In this document: positions 28,867 through 37,022 of the stretch, one piece after another
How positions within the stretch are numbered: the stretch's first letter is position 1
Layout of the letters: each line of letters starts with the position of its first letter
Origin: an uncultured Catenibacillus sp.
Lineage (GTDB): Bacteria; Bacillota; Clostridia; Lachnospirales; Lachnospiraceae
Assembly (NCBI GenBank): GCA_964423195.1
Contig: CAYRDY010000003.1
Coordinates: 1-54,312 of the forward strand
Direction of reading: 5' to 3'
Length of the DNA stretch: 54,312 nucleotides
Made by a program: the position numbers and the translations under genes
Notes under the pieces: generated by a model
Database searches by the model: none
Seen by the model: the letters and a program-made list of their open reading frames with translations, nothing else
What the model was told of the DNA's origin: nothing

Positions 28867-29955
28867 ATGCGGACAATGACTGTACATGATGAGAATAAAC
28901 CGATTTACCCCATTGTTTTTGCCGAGGACTACAGCTGCCTTTCCGAGGCGGTGCGGAGGCTGCGGATCAGACAGCGGAAAATATGTGTCGTCTCCGAGAC
29001 GAATGTGGCGCCGCATTATCTCGACGAGGTGGTCCGGATTTTTGAGTCGGAGGCCCGGACAGTGACGCATTTTGTCTTTGAGGCGGGGGAGGCAAACAAA
29101 AATTTAAAAACCGTCGAAATGCTCTATGAACATCTGATCCGCTCCGGCTTTGACCGCAGGGATCTGCTCGTGGCGCTCGGCGGAGGGGTCACCGGTGACC
29201 TGACAGGCTACGCCGCCGCGACCTATATGCGCGGCATTTCTTTTATCCAGATGCCGACGAGCCTGCTCTCACAGGTGGACAGCAGCATCGGCGGCAAGAC
29301 CGGCGTTGATTTCAATGCCTATAAGAATATGATCGGCGCTTTTCACCAGCCAGCGCTCGTCTATATGAATCTCGGCACGCTGCTGACACTCAGTGAGACG
29401 GAATATCTGTCCGGGATGGGAGAGATCATCAAGCACGGCCTGATCAAGGATATCACCTATTACCGCTGGATCAAGGCCCATCGGGAACAGATCATGGCCA
29501 GAGACCTGCCGGTCCTTGAGGAATTGATCTGGCAGAGCGTGAATATCAAACGACAGGTGGTCGAGAGAGACCCGAAGGAGCAGGGGGAGAGGGCACTGCT
29601 CAATTTTGGCCACACCATCGGCCATGCCGTCGAGAAGCTGACAGATTTCAAAATGCTCCACGGCGAGTGCGTGGCCGTCGGCATGGCGGCGGCCGGATGG
29701 ATCTCATGCCGTCGGGGATACATCACAGATGAGACGCTTGAAGATATGCGGGAACTTCTCTCGAATTTCAAGCTCCCGGTCTCGGTCAGCCACCTGAGTG
29801 TCGATGAGGTTTTTGACGCGGCGAAGCATGACAAAAAAATGGATGCGGGGCATATTCGATTTGTGCTCCTGCAGCCGGAGGGGCATGCCGTGGTTGACAC
29901 GTCGGTGTCCGATGATGAACTGATGTCGGCGATCCGCTCAGTCATCGAGCGCTGA
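28867..29955 (+). CDS. aroB: 3-dehydroquinate synthase
   Basis: 362 aa: GGGVTGDLTGYAAATYMRGI, SSIGGKTGVDF and HTIGHAVE motifs. Confidence 0.9.
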   Translation: MRTMTVHDENKPIYPIVFAEDYSCLSEAVRRLRIRQRKICVVSETNVAPHYLDEVVRIFESEARTVTHFVFEAGEANKNLKTVEMLYEHLIRSGFDRRDLLVALGGGVTGDLTGYAAATYMRGISFIQMPTSLLSQVDSSIGGKTGVDFNAYKNMIGAFHQPALVYMNLGTLLTLSETEYLSGMGEIIKHGLIKDITYYRWIKAHREQIMARDLPVLEELIWQSVNIKRQVVERDPKEQGERALLNFGHTIGHAVEKLTDFKMLHGECVAVGMAAAGWISCRRGYITDETLEDMRELLSNFKLPVSVSHLSVDEVFDAAKHDKKMDAGHIRFVLLQPEGHAVVDTSVSDDELMSAIRSVIER

Positions 29956-30055
29956 GCGCTCAAAAACCGACGGGGAAGACAACAGGGAGCCTTTATTGAC
30001 ATCCGAACGGCGCTGATCATCGTGAGTGGCGCCCAGAGTACAAAAATCCTGAAAA

Positions 30056-30553
30056 ATGGGGTATACGATGAGATATTTAAGGGATTTTTTATATATTTGC
30101 ATTTTGGTCTTCATTGACCGGATGACTAAAATTTGTGCCGTCAGGTATCTGAAGCCGAACGGTCCGGTGCCGATTATCCGCGGTGTCTTTGAACTTCAGT
30201 ATCTTGAGAATACCGGCGCGGCCTTTGGCATATTAAAAAACCGGCAGATATTATTTATCGTCGGCACGCTTTTGATCATGGCCGCTGTGATCTGGTTTTA
30301 TTTCAAAATACCGGATAACCGAAGATTTCTGCCGCTGCGAATCATCTCAACCACGGTGGTCGCCGGTGCCGTCGGCAATCTCATTGACCGTGTTTCGCAG
30401 GGCTATGTCGTCGATTTCTTTTATTTTAAACTGATTGATTTTCCGATCTTTAATGTGGCTGACATTTACGTGACCGTATCGTCTGTCATCTTTCTGTTTC
30501 TGATGCTGTTTTACTATAAGGAAGAGGATTATCGTTTTTTGAGGGGCAAGTGA
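30056..30553 (+). CDS. lspA: Lipoprotein signal peptidase II
   Basis: 165 aa with four TM helices, plus NTGAAFG and FNVADIYVT motifs. An alternative ATG lies at 30068. Confidence 0.85.
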   Translation: MGYTMRYLRDFLYICILVFIDRMTKICAVRYLKPNGPVPIIRGVFELQYLENTGAAFGILKNRQILFIVGTLLIMAAVIWFYFKIPDNRRFLPLRIISTTVVAGAVGNLIDRVSQGYVVDFFYFKLIDFPIFNVADIYVTVSSVIFLFLMLFYYKEEDYRFLRGK

Positions 30554-30565
30554 GGCCTTTAGCGT

Positions 30566-31480
30566 ATGGATGTGCTGACATTTGATGTGGACGGCGATCA
30601 CGGCGGCATTCGCATTGATAAGTATCTGAGTGAAATGATGCCGGAGCAGTCGCGGTCCTATATACAGAAACTCATTAAAGATGAGGCCGTATCTGTCGGC
30701 GCCGGTCCGGTCAAATCCAGTGATAAGGTCAATGGCGGTGACAGGGTGGAAGTGCGCCTTCCCGAGCCTGTCGTCCTCGATGTCAAACCCGAAAATATAC
30801 CTCTGGATATCCTGTATGAGGATGATGACGTCATCGTCATCAATAAACCCAAGAATATGGTTGTCCATCCGAGCGCCGGCCATGAATCTCACACCGTTGT
30901 CAACGCCGTCTTGTATCACTGCCGGGATCAGCTCTCGACCATCAACGGCGTCCTGCGTCCAGGTATTGTCCACCGCATCGATAAGGATACGACCGGGGTC
31001 ATTGTCGTCTGTAAAAATGACAGGGCGCATAACTTTCTGGCAGAGCAGCTGAGAGAACACTCGATCACGCGCAGATACCATGCCATCTGCTGCAACAATC
31101 TGGTCGATGACACGGGCACTGTCGACGCGCCGATCGGACGCTCACCCGCCGACCGGAAAAAGATGGCGGTCAATTTTCAGAGCGGCAAACCCGCGGTCAC
31201 GCATTACAGGGTGCTGGAACGCTTCGGAAAGTATACTTACATCGAATGTGCGCTGGAGACCGGCCGCACACACCAGATCCGGGTTCACATGTCATCCATC
31301 GGACATCCGCTGCTCGGTGATCCCGTCTATGGCCCTGCAAATTGTCCCTTTAAACTTGACGGCCAGGTGCTGCACGCGAAAATCCTCGGTTTTATTCATC
31401 CGACGACCGGCGAATATATGGAATTCGAGGCGCCGCTGCCCGAATACTTTGCCAGATTACTGACATTGTTGCGGCGCTAA
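30566..31480 (+). CDS. rluD: 23S rRNA pseudouridine synthase, RluD subfamily
   Basis: 304 aa with an S4 N-terminus, the HRIDKDTTG catalytic motif and GRTHQIRVH. Confidence 0.9.
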   Translation: MDVLTFDVDGDHGGIRIDKYLSEMMPEQSRSYIQKLIKDEAVSVGAGPVKSSDKVNGGDRVEVRLPEPVVLDVKPENIPLDILYEDDDVIVINKPKNMVVHPSAGHESHTVVNAVLYHCRDQLSTINGVLRPGIVHRIDKDTTGVIVVCKNDRAHNFLAEQLREHSITRRYHAICCNNLVDDTGTVDAPIGRSPADRKKMAVNFQSGKPAVTHYRVLERFGKYTYIECALETGRTHQIRVHMSSIGHPLLGDPVYGPANCPFKLDGQVLHAKILGFIHPTTGEYMEFEAPLPEYFARLLTLLRR

Positions 31481-31487
31481 ACATTAA

Positions 31488-31517
31488 ATACTATATACTA
31501 TATACTATATACTATAT
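31488..31517. repeat. Heptanucleotide tandem repeat (ATACTAT) x4 plus a partial copy
   Basis: Four perfect copies span 31488-31515 and are followed by AT. The repeat lies between rluD and the recombinase gene. Confidence 0.9.
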
Positions 31518-31566
31518 GCCATGGGGGAATGCATATGTGCCTATGACCGGAAAGAGCGGATTGAGT

Positions 31567-31598
31567 TCTTCGCGCAAAATGCGAGTTTATTGCGAAGA
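31567..31598. other. 13-6-13 imperfect palindrome, a candidate Xer-type (dif-like) core site or recombinase operator
   Basis: TCTTCGCGCAAAA (31567-31579), TGCGAG (31580-31585), TTTATTGCGAAGA (31586-31598). The arms are 10/13 complementary. The site ends 6 bp upstream of the recombinase -35 box. Confidence 0.4.
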
Positions 31599-31604
31599 TT
31601 GTTC

Positions 31605-31634
31605 TTGACACGAGGGCATCGGCGGCTTTATAAT
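31605..31634 (+). promoter_or_regulatory. Sigma-A type promoter of the recombinase gene
   Basis: TTGACA (31605-31610), 18-nt spacer, TATAAT (31629-31634). Confidence 0.55.
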
Positions 31635-31667
31635 GAAGTTAAGAATCAATTCATGAGGTGACGACCT

Positions 31668-32723
31668 ATGCGCGAACTGACTTATCAGGAAAAGACAAGC
31701 CTTGAGAATACTGTCAAACTGCGGGAAATTCTTGCGGAGCTTCCACCGTTTTGCAAAGAATTTTTCAGGGCGATCGAGCCGTCCACACAGCCAAAGACGA
31801 GAATCTCATATGCCTATGACTTAAAGGTTTTCTTTGGATTTCTGATCGAGAAAAAGCCTGCCTACAGGGAATACAGGCTGTCGGATTTCACGCCGGCGGA
31901 TCTTGACAATCTTCAGGCTGTGGATATCGAGGAATATCAGGAATACTTGAAGCTCTACGACAAAGACGACAAATTGATCACAAATAAAGAGCGCGGCCTC
32001 GCCAGAAAGATGTCATCGCTGCGCAGTTTTTATAATTATTACTACAAACGCCAGGTCATCCACAATAATCCGGCCATGCTCGTCGATATGCCGAAACTGC
32101 ACGACAAGGCCATCATCCGGCTGGATATCGATGAGGTGGCCAACCTGCTTGACTACATCGAGAGCTGCGGCGAAAATCTGACCGGCCAGCGCAAGGCCTA
32201 CTATGAAAAGACAAAATTCCGCGATCTCGCGCTGATCACACTGCTCCTCGGCACAGGCATCCGGGTATCTGAGTGTGTCGGCCTGGATATCAACGATGTG
32301 GATTTCAAAAATAACTCCATCAAAGTGACCAGAAAAGGCGGAAATCAGATGTATGTCTTTTTTGGCAATGAAGTTGAGGTCGCGCTATATGACTATCTGA
32401 ACAATGATCGCAATCTCGTCAAACCGCTCGAGGGCCATGAGAACGCCCTCTTTTTGTCCATGCAGCGCAAGCGAATCAGCGTCCGCACTGTCGAGGATCT
32501 GGTGCAGAAATACACGTCGCAGGTGACGCCGAACAAACACATCACCCCGCACAAACTGCGGAGCACCTATGGCACAAATCTGTACAAGGAGACCGGCGAT
32601 ATCTACCTCGTCGCGGACGTCCTCGGACATAAGGACGTCAACACGACCAGAAGGCATTATGCCGCCACCGATGACGACCGAAGGAGGCTCGCGGCCACCG
32701 CTGTGAAGCTCAGGGAGCCATAA
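31668..32723 (+). CDS. Tyrosine site-specific recombinase, Xer family (long, XerS-like architecture)
   Basis: 351 aa. Catalytic signature R (GTGIRVSE), H-x-x-R (TPHKLRST), H (LGHKD), Y (RRHY). From memory, the VTRKGG motif and long N-terminal domain resemble streptococcal XerS. Confidence 0.8.
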   Translation: MRELTYQEKTSLENTVKLREILAELPPFCKEFFRAIEPSTQPKTRISYAYDLKVFFGFLIEKKPAYREYRLSDFTPADLDNLQAVDIEEYQEYLKLYDKDDKLITNKERGLARKMSSLRSFYNYYYKRQVIHNNPAMLVDMPKLHDKAIIRLDIDEVANLLDYIESCGENLTGQRKAYYEKTKFRDLALITLLLGTGIRVSECVGLDINDVDFKNNSIKVTRKGGNQMYVFFGNEVEVALYDYLNNDRNLVKPLEGHENALFLSMQRKRISVRTVEDLVQKYTSQVTPNKHITPHKLRSTYGTNLYKETGDIYLVADVLGHKDVNTTRRHYAATDDDRRRLAATAVKLREP

Positions 32724-32789
32724 TCAGGGAACAATGAATCCGAGAGGCGCAATAAAGCCAAGGATGCCCATCCATTGAATGGATAAAAT

Positions 32790-33140
32790 TTATAAATCCT
32801 CTTCCGCCACTGTCTTGCCGTCGCGCCAGATGCGCTCAAGATCATAGTACAGGCGGTTTTCCTCCGAGAAAATGTGAACGATGATATCATTGTAATCCAT
32901 CAATATCCAGTTGGCGGCGCGATAGCCCTCGATCTGCTTCGGGGTCCGTCCCTCCTTAGCTAGCGCTTCCTCGACACTGTCCGCCAACGCCTGAACCTGG
33001 TTGGTATTGCTGCCGCTGGCGATGATGAAATAATCAGCGATGACTGTGACATTGGAGATATCCAGAATATGAATATCCTGTGCCTTTTTGTCTTTCAAGG
33101 CGTCAACGGCGATTCTGGCCGCATATCTTGCGTCAATCAT
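32790..33140 (-). CDS. rsfS: Ribosome silencing factor RsfS (Iojap family)
   Basis: 116 aa: DYFIIASGSNTNQVQAL and WILMDYNDIIVHIF motifs. Confidence 0.9.
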   Translation of the reverse strand: MIDARYAARIAVDALKDKKAQDIHILDISNVTVIADYFIIASGSNTNQVQALADSVEEALAKEGRTPKQIEGYRAANWILMDYNDIIVHIFSEENRLYYDLERIWRDGKTVAEEDL

Positions 33141-33720
33141 TTTTATTCCTCCCTAAAAGTTCCTTATAATATTGATATGTTTCTACCGTATGTCGGTCAA
33201 TATTCTGCTTTTTCTCATTCAGATAATTTAAAGTCTGCGCCAATATCTCAAGGACGCCCTCGTCGAGATTTTCAAAGCACAGCCGGCGCAGATGTCCAAG
33301 ATCCGGCGCACTGCTCCGCCCCGGCTCAATATAGTCCGCCGCGAATACGATCTCCTCAAGCAGCGACATCTCCGGCCTGCCGGTCGTGTGGAAGCGTATG
33401 GCATTGAGGATATCCTCATCGGTCACCCCATATTTTTTTCGCGCGAAATGGGCGCCGACTTTCCCGTGGAGCAGATACGGACTCTTTCGCTCCGTCTCAG
33501 AGACAGGGATGTGATTCTTATCGCATATTTTTAACAGCTTCTCAGCCTCCAGATATTTGGCGCAGTCGTGGAGGAGGCCTGCAATCTCAGCCTTCTTTAG
33601 GTCGCAGCCGTACCTCATCGCCAGGCAGACGCTCGTATAGCGGACACCGGTCGTGTGGACATAGCGCTTTTCGTTCAATTTTTTGATCAGATGTCTCTCA
33701 ATTTCCGCAATTTCCATCAT
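33133..33720 (-). CDS. yqeK: YqeK HD-domain protein (bis(5'-nucleosyl)-tetraphosphatase-like)
   Basis: HTTGV and LLHDCAKY motifs. The ATG at 33720 follows GGTGG and overlaps the nadD 3' end. The ORF-track start at 33810 is probably too early. Confidence 0.8.
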   Translation of the reverse strand: MMEIAEIERHLIKKLNEKRYVHTTGVRYTSVCLAMRYGCDLKKAEIAGLLHDCAKYLEAEKLLKICDKNHIPVSETERKSPYLLHGKVGAHFARKKYGVTDEDILNAIRFHTTGRPEMSLLEEIVFAADYIEPGRSSAPDLGHLRRLCFENLDEGVLEILAQTLNYLNEKKQNIDRHTVETYQYYKELLGRNKND

Positions 33721-34348
33721 TTGCCACACCACCCGTCGACGCCTTCTTATCGGCATATATCTGATTCTGATAGATAAATTCACGGACTCTGTCCGGCACA
33801 AGAAATTCAATGCTCCTGCCCTCAGCGACCCTCTTGCGGATCATCGTCGATGAGATATCAATCTTTGGCACAGACTCGATATATATTCTGGCACCGTAAT
33901 CCCTTGTCAGCTCATCGGCCTTCGCGCGGAGCAGATCGAGGTCGATATCCTCACGCGCGGCGGCTATCAGCGCGGCGTCACGGAAGATTTCACGCGGATG
34001 ATGCCACGTATCGATCGCGAACAGAGAATCCGCGCCCATGATGAAATAAAAGGTATAATCGGGATAGGCGGTGCGCAGGAACTTCAGCGTCTCAGAGGTA
34101 TAGGATACGTCCGCCTTGCGTATCTCATAGTCGAAAGCCTTGAAATGGGGGTGATCCGCCACCGCGCACTCGACCATTTTCAGGCGCAGTTCATTATCCA
34201 GGATATGCTCACCGCGTTTGTGCGGCGGAATGTAGGCCGGCATAAACCATACTTCGTCAAGCCCGAATTCGTCATATGCATTCTCGGCGATGATCATATG
34301 GCCGAGATGGATCGGGTTGAAGGTGCCGCCCAGAATACCGATCTTCAC
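33698..34348 (-). CDS. nadD: Nicotinate-nucleotide adenylyltransferase
   Basis: The GTG at 34348 is preceded by GGAGG with a 5-nt spacer. The N-terminus reads VKIGILGGTFNPIHLGH. The ORF-track extension to 34447 runs through the repeat element. Confidence 0.85.
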   Translation of the reverse strand: MKIGILGGTFNPIHLGHMIIAENAYDEFGLDEVWFMPAYIPPHKRGEHILDNELRLKMVECAVADHPHFKAFDYEIRKADVSYTSETLKFLRTAYPDYTFYFIMGADSLFAIDTWHHPREIFRDAALIAAAREDIDLDLLRAKADELTRDYGARIYIESVPKIDISSTMIRKRVAEGRSIEFLVPDRVREFIYQNQIYADKKASTGGVANDGNCGN

Positions 34349-34405
34349 ATTAACCTCCAAATACAATCTGATGATATCAGTGCCGTCAGCGCGCAAAGCA
34401 CGGAG

Positions 34406-34457
34406 CAATCGGCTTTCATCCATGGTGGTGCCCCGCTTGCGGGACACGAAAGTTTAC
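34406..34457. repeat. Copy A of a roughly 52-nt interspersed GC-hairpin element
   Basis: The reverse complement GTAAACTTTCGTGTCCCGCAAGCGGGGCACCACCATGGATGAAAGCCGATTG aligns with 42020-42070 on the + strand at 47 of 52 columns. Confidence 0.8.
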
Positions 34458-35743
34458 TTATAATACTCAAATTCCAGATCATACATGCGCACCGTATCGC
34501 CCTCTCGTATGCCGAGCGCTTCCAGCTGGTCGAGAATACCGTTCGTCCTGAGAAATTTCTGGAAAAAATCAAATCCCTTCTCGGATTCCAGATTCGTATA
34601 GCCGAGCATGCGCTCAACGCGCGGTCCCTCGACCAGATAGACGTCCTCCTCGTCATCGGATTTTGAGACCGTGAACGGTTCATACGCGTCCGCCCTCTGC
34701 GGCTCATATTCCCGCTCAAAGACAACCGGCGCATCGTCAATGCCGTTCAACAGCTCCGAGACCGCATATAAAAGCGGTTTCAGTCCCCTGCCGCTGACGG
34801 CGGATATCGGAAACACCCGAACGCCCTCCGGTTCAAATTCACACTTTAACAGATGAATGACATCATCCTCCTCCTGGTCATAGAGGACGTCAATTTTGTT
34901 GGCGGCGATCACCTGCGGACGCTTTAAGAGATCCGGATCATATGCCGCCAGTTCACGGTTGATGGCGCGGATATCGGCGATCGGATCACGTCCCTCGACA
35001 CTCGCGGCGTCCACGACGTGAATGATCACTTTTGTGCGCTCGATATGGCGCAAAAACTCATGCCCCAGACCGACGCCCTCCGACGCGCCCTCGATGATTC
35101 CGGGAATATCCGCGATCACAAACCCCTTGCCGCCGTCCAGATCGACGACGCCCAGATTTGGAGCTAGCGTCGTAAAATGATAATCGGCGATCTTCGGCTT
35201 CGCGTTTGTGACTCTGGCAAGCAGCGTCGATTTTCCGACATTCGGAAATCCGACCAGCCCCACATCGGCGATCACTTTCAGCTCAAGGATGACCTCCAGC
35301 TCTGTCGCTCTCTGTCCGGGCTGGGCGTATTTCGGGGCCTGCATGGTGGCGGTCGCGTAATTCATGTTGCCCTTGCCGCCGCGGCCGCCCTTCAATATGA
35401 CCTCGCGGCCGTTGCCATGGGACATATCGGCGATCACAAGTCCGCTCGCGGCGTCCCTGATGACGGTGCCCTCCGGCACCCTGATGACCACATCTGCGCC
35501 ATCCGCGCCGTGACAGCGGCGCTTGCCGCCCTCCGCGCCGTCGCCCGCACAGAATTTGCGCACATGGCGAAAATCCATCAGCGTATTTAAGCCCTTGTCG
35601 ACCTCAAAGATCACATCGCCGCCCTTGCCGCCGTCGCCACCGTCCGGACCGCCGGCCGGCACATACAGCTCGCGTCTGAAGCTGACATGGCCGTCGCCGC
35701 CCTTGCCTGAGCGGATAAATATTTTGGCCTTATCTACAAACAT
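34454..35743 (-). CDS. obg: GTPase Obg/CgtA
   Basis: 429 aa with a glycine-rich Obg fold (GGDGGKGG), the G domain (GFPNVGKST) and a C-terminal OCT domain. Confidence 0.95.
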   Translation of the reverse strand: MFVDKAKIFIRSGKGGDGHVSFRRELYVPAGGPDGGDGGKGGDVIFEVDKGLNTLMDFRHVRKFCAGDGAEGGKRRCHGADGADVVIRVPEGTVIRDAASGLVIADMSHGNGREVILKGGRGGKGNMNYATATMQAPKYAQPGQRATELEVILELKVIADVGLVGFPNVGKSTLLARVTNAKPKIADYHFTTLAPNLGVVDLDGGKGFVIADIPGIIEGASEGVGLGHEFLRHIERTKVIIHVVDAASVEGRDPIADIRAINRELAAYDPDLLKRPQVIAANKIDVLYDQEEDDVIHLLKCEFEPEGVRVFPISAVSGRGLKPLLYAVSELLNGIDDAPVVFEREYEPQRADAYEPFTVSKSDDEEDVYLVEGPRVERMLGYTNLESEKGFDFFQKFLRTNGILDQLEALGIREGDTVRMYDLEFEYYK

Positions 35744-35760
35744 AGATTACCTCATGATTT

Positions 35761-35797
35761 GAAAAAACGGCTTCAAATCCAATCAATCTGAAGCCGT
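35761..35797 (-). terminator. Terminator/attenuator between rpmA and obg
   Basis: On the - strand a 9-bp stem ACGGCTTCA / TGAAGCCGT with a 13-nt loop is followed by TTTTTT. Confidence 0.6.
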
Positions 35798-35809
35798 CTG
35801 TGTCAATTC

Positions 35810-36100
35810 TTATTCGTTTACGGATACAGGATAGACAGATGCCTGTTTTCTGTCTCTTCCCTTTCTCTCAAATCTCAGAACACCGTCCACCAAGGCAAAT
35901 AATGTATCGTCGCCGCCGCGCCCCACATTGACGCCCGGATGGATCTTTGTACCGCGCTGCCTGTAAAGGATGTTTCCGGCTTTGACAAACTGTCCGTCAG
36001 CGCGCTTCGCGCCAAGCCTCTTTGACTTGGAATCACGGCCGTTCTTCGTCGAGCCCACACCTTTTTTATGAGCGAAAAACTGAAGGTTCATTCTCAGCAT
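35810..36100 (-). CDS. rpmA: 50S ribosomal protein L27 (with the cleavable N-terminal extension)
   Basis: [24 protein letters not shown]; the LQFF/AHKKG site is typical of Prp-processed L27. Confidence 0.95.
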   Translation of the reverse strand: MLRMNLQFFAHKKGVGSTKNGRDSKSKRLGAKRADGQFVKAGNILYRQRGTKIHPGVNVGRGGDDTLFALVDGVLRFERKGRDRKQASVYPVSVNE

Positions 36101-36104
36101 GTCG

Positions 36105-36431
36105 CTACACCTCCCTGAATTTTAAGTGAATAGAATTCTTATACTCTCTCTGTATCATTTTCAGACCAAGCACCATCGCATCCATCAACAGCCTGGCGTC
36201 GTCACTGAGTGATCTGCCGAAGCGGACAGTCAGCCGTCCCTCGGCCTCATTTTCCTCGACCCGTAGACTGTCCTTTGTCAGGGACTCGATGGCATTGACT
36301 GTATTGATCATGAGCACGGACACCGCGCTGCACACGATATCACTGCCATACGCGCCGTGATCCGCGTGTCCCAATGATCTGAAACCTTTGTAGATACCCT
36401 CGCTGTTTTTGTAGATCACTACTCTGATCAT
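36105..36431 (-). CDS. prp: Ribosomal-processing cysteine protease Prp (YsxB)
   Basis: 108 aa: [14 protein letters not shown] motif, located between rplU and rpmA. Confidence 0.85.
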   Translation of the reverse strand: MIRVVIYKNSEGIYKGFRSLGHADHGAYGSDIVCSAVSVLMINTVNAIESLTKDSLRVEENEAEGRLTVRFGRSLSDDARLLMDAMVLGLKMIQREYKNSIHLKFREV

Positions 36432-36447
36432 AGGTCTTGACCGAGGG

Positions 36448-36756
36448 TCAGGCGTTGATCTTTTCGATCTTGACCTGCGTGTACTGCTGTCTGTGGCCGT
36501 TCTTTTTGTGATAGCCTGTCTTTCTCTTATATTTGTAAACGATCACTTTTTTGCCTTTGCCCTCCTTGACAACGCGCGCCGAAACGCTCGCGCCCGCCAC
36601 GGTCGGGTTCCCGATCTTCACTTCGTCACCGCTCACAACAAGAACCTGGTCGAATACAACTGTCTCGCCCTCGGCAACGCCGAGCTTTTCAACTCTGATC
36701 TCATCGCCCTCAGAGACTTTGTACTGCTTTCCGCCTGTTGCAATAATTGCGTACAT
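36448..36756 (-). CDS. rplU: 50S ribosomal protein L21
   Basis: [14 protein letters not shown]. The ATG at 36756 follows GGAGG. Confidence 0.9.
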   Translation of the reverse strand: MYAIIATGGKQYKVSEGDEIRVEKLGVAEGETVVFDQVLVVSGDEVKIGNPTVAGASVSARVVKEGKGKKVIVYKYKRKTGYHKKNGHRQQYTQVKIEKINA

Positions 36757-36836
36757 AGGGACACCTCCTATTTTCATTACTCGCTAGCTGTGGTGGCATC
36801 AACGCACTTAAACCTCGCTACGCGGCACACTTATGT

Positions 36837-36865
36837 ATCTTACCATGTACAAAGTCACCTGTCAA
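36837..36865 (-). promoter_or_regulatory. Sigma-A type promoter of the rplU-prp-rpmA operon
   Basis: On the - strand: TTGACA (36865-36860), 17-nt spacer, TAAGAT (36842-36837). Phased A-tracts lie upstream, and the 5' UTR of about 75 nt could hold an L21-leader-type structure. Confidence 0.6.
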
Positions 36866-36953
36866 GGCATTTTCAGGATTTTCATGATTTTGCGCGGTGC
36901 GCAAAGTCGCCTGCCGAGGCATTTTTAGGATTTTTATGATTTCGTGCGGCTAG
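36850..36953. repeat. 52-bp tandem duplication spanning the rplU promoter -35 and upstream A-tracts
   Basis: 36850-36901 and 36902-36953 match at 41 of 52 positions by hand alignment. The proximal copy has TTGACA and the distal copy has TCGGCA. Confidence 0.85.
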
Positions 36954-36995
36954 GAGCGCTCCCAGGCAAAACACATGACTGTTTAAACGTATCTG

Positions 36996-37021
36996 ACATT
37001 TCCGAATAACATTTCCGAATA
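36996..37021. repeat. Perfect 13-bp tandem direct repeat (ACATTTCCGAATA x2)
   Basis: 36996-37008 is identical to 37009-37021. The repeat lies immediately 3' of the cmk-like gene stop (TAA at 37023-37025, - strand). Confidence 0.9.
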
Positions 37022-37022
37022 A

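Noticed and set aside
31668-32723. The tyrosine recombinase as the integrase of a prophage, ICE or genomic island.
   Set aside because: It is flanked by rluD and rsfS. There are no phage, conjugation or cargo genes, no flanking direct repeats and no compositional break. A chromosomal Xer-type role fits better.
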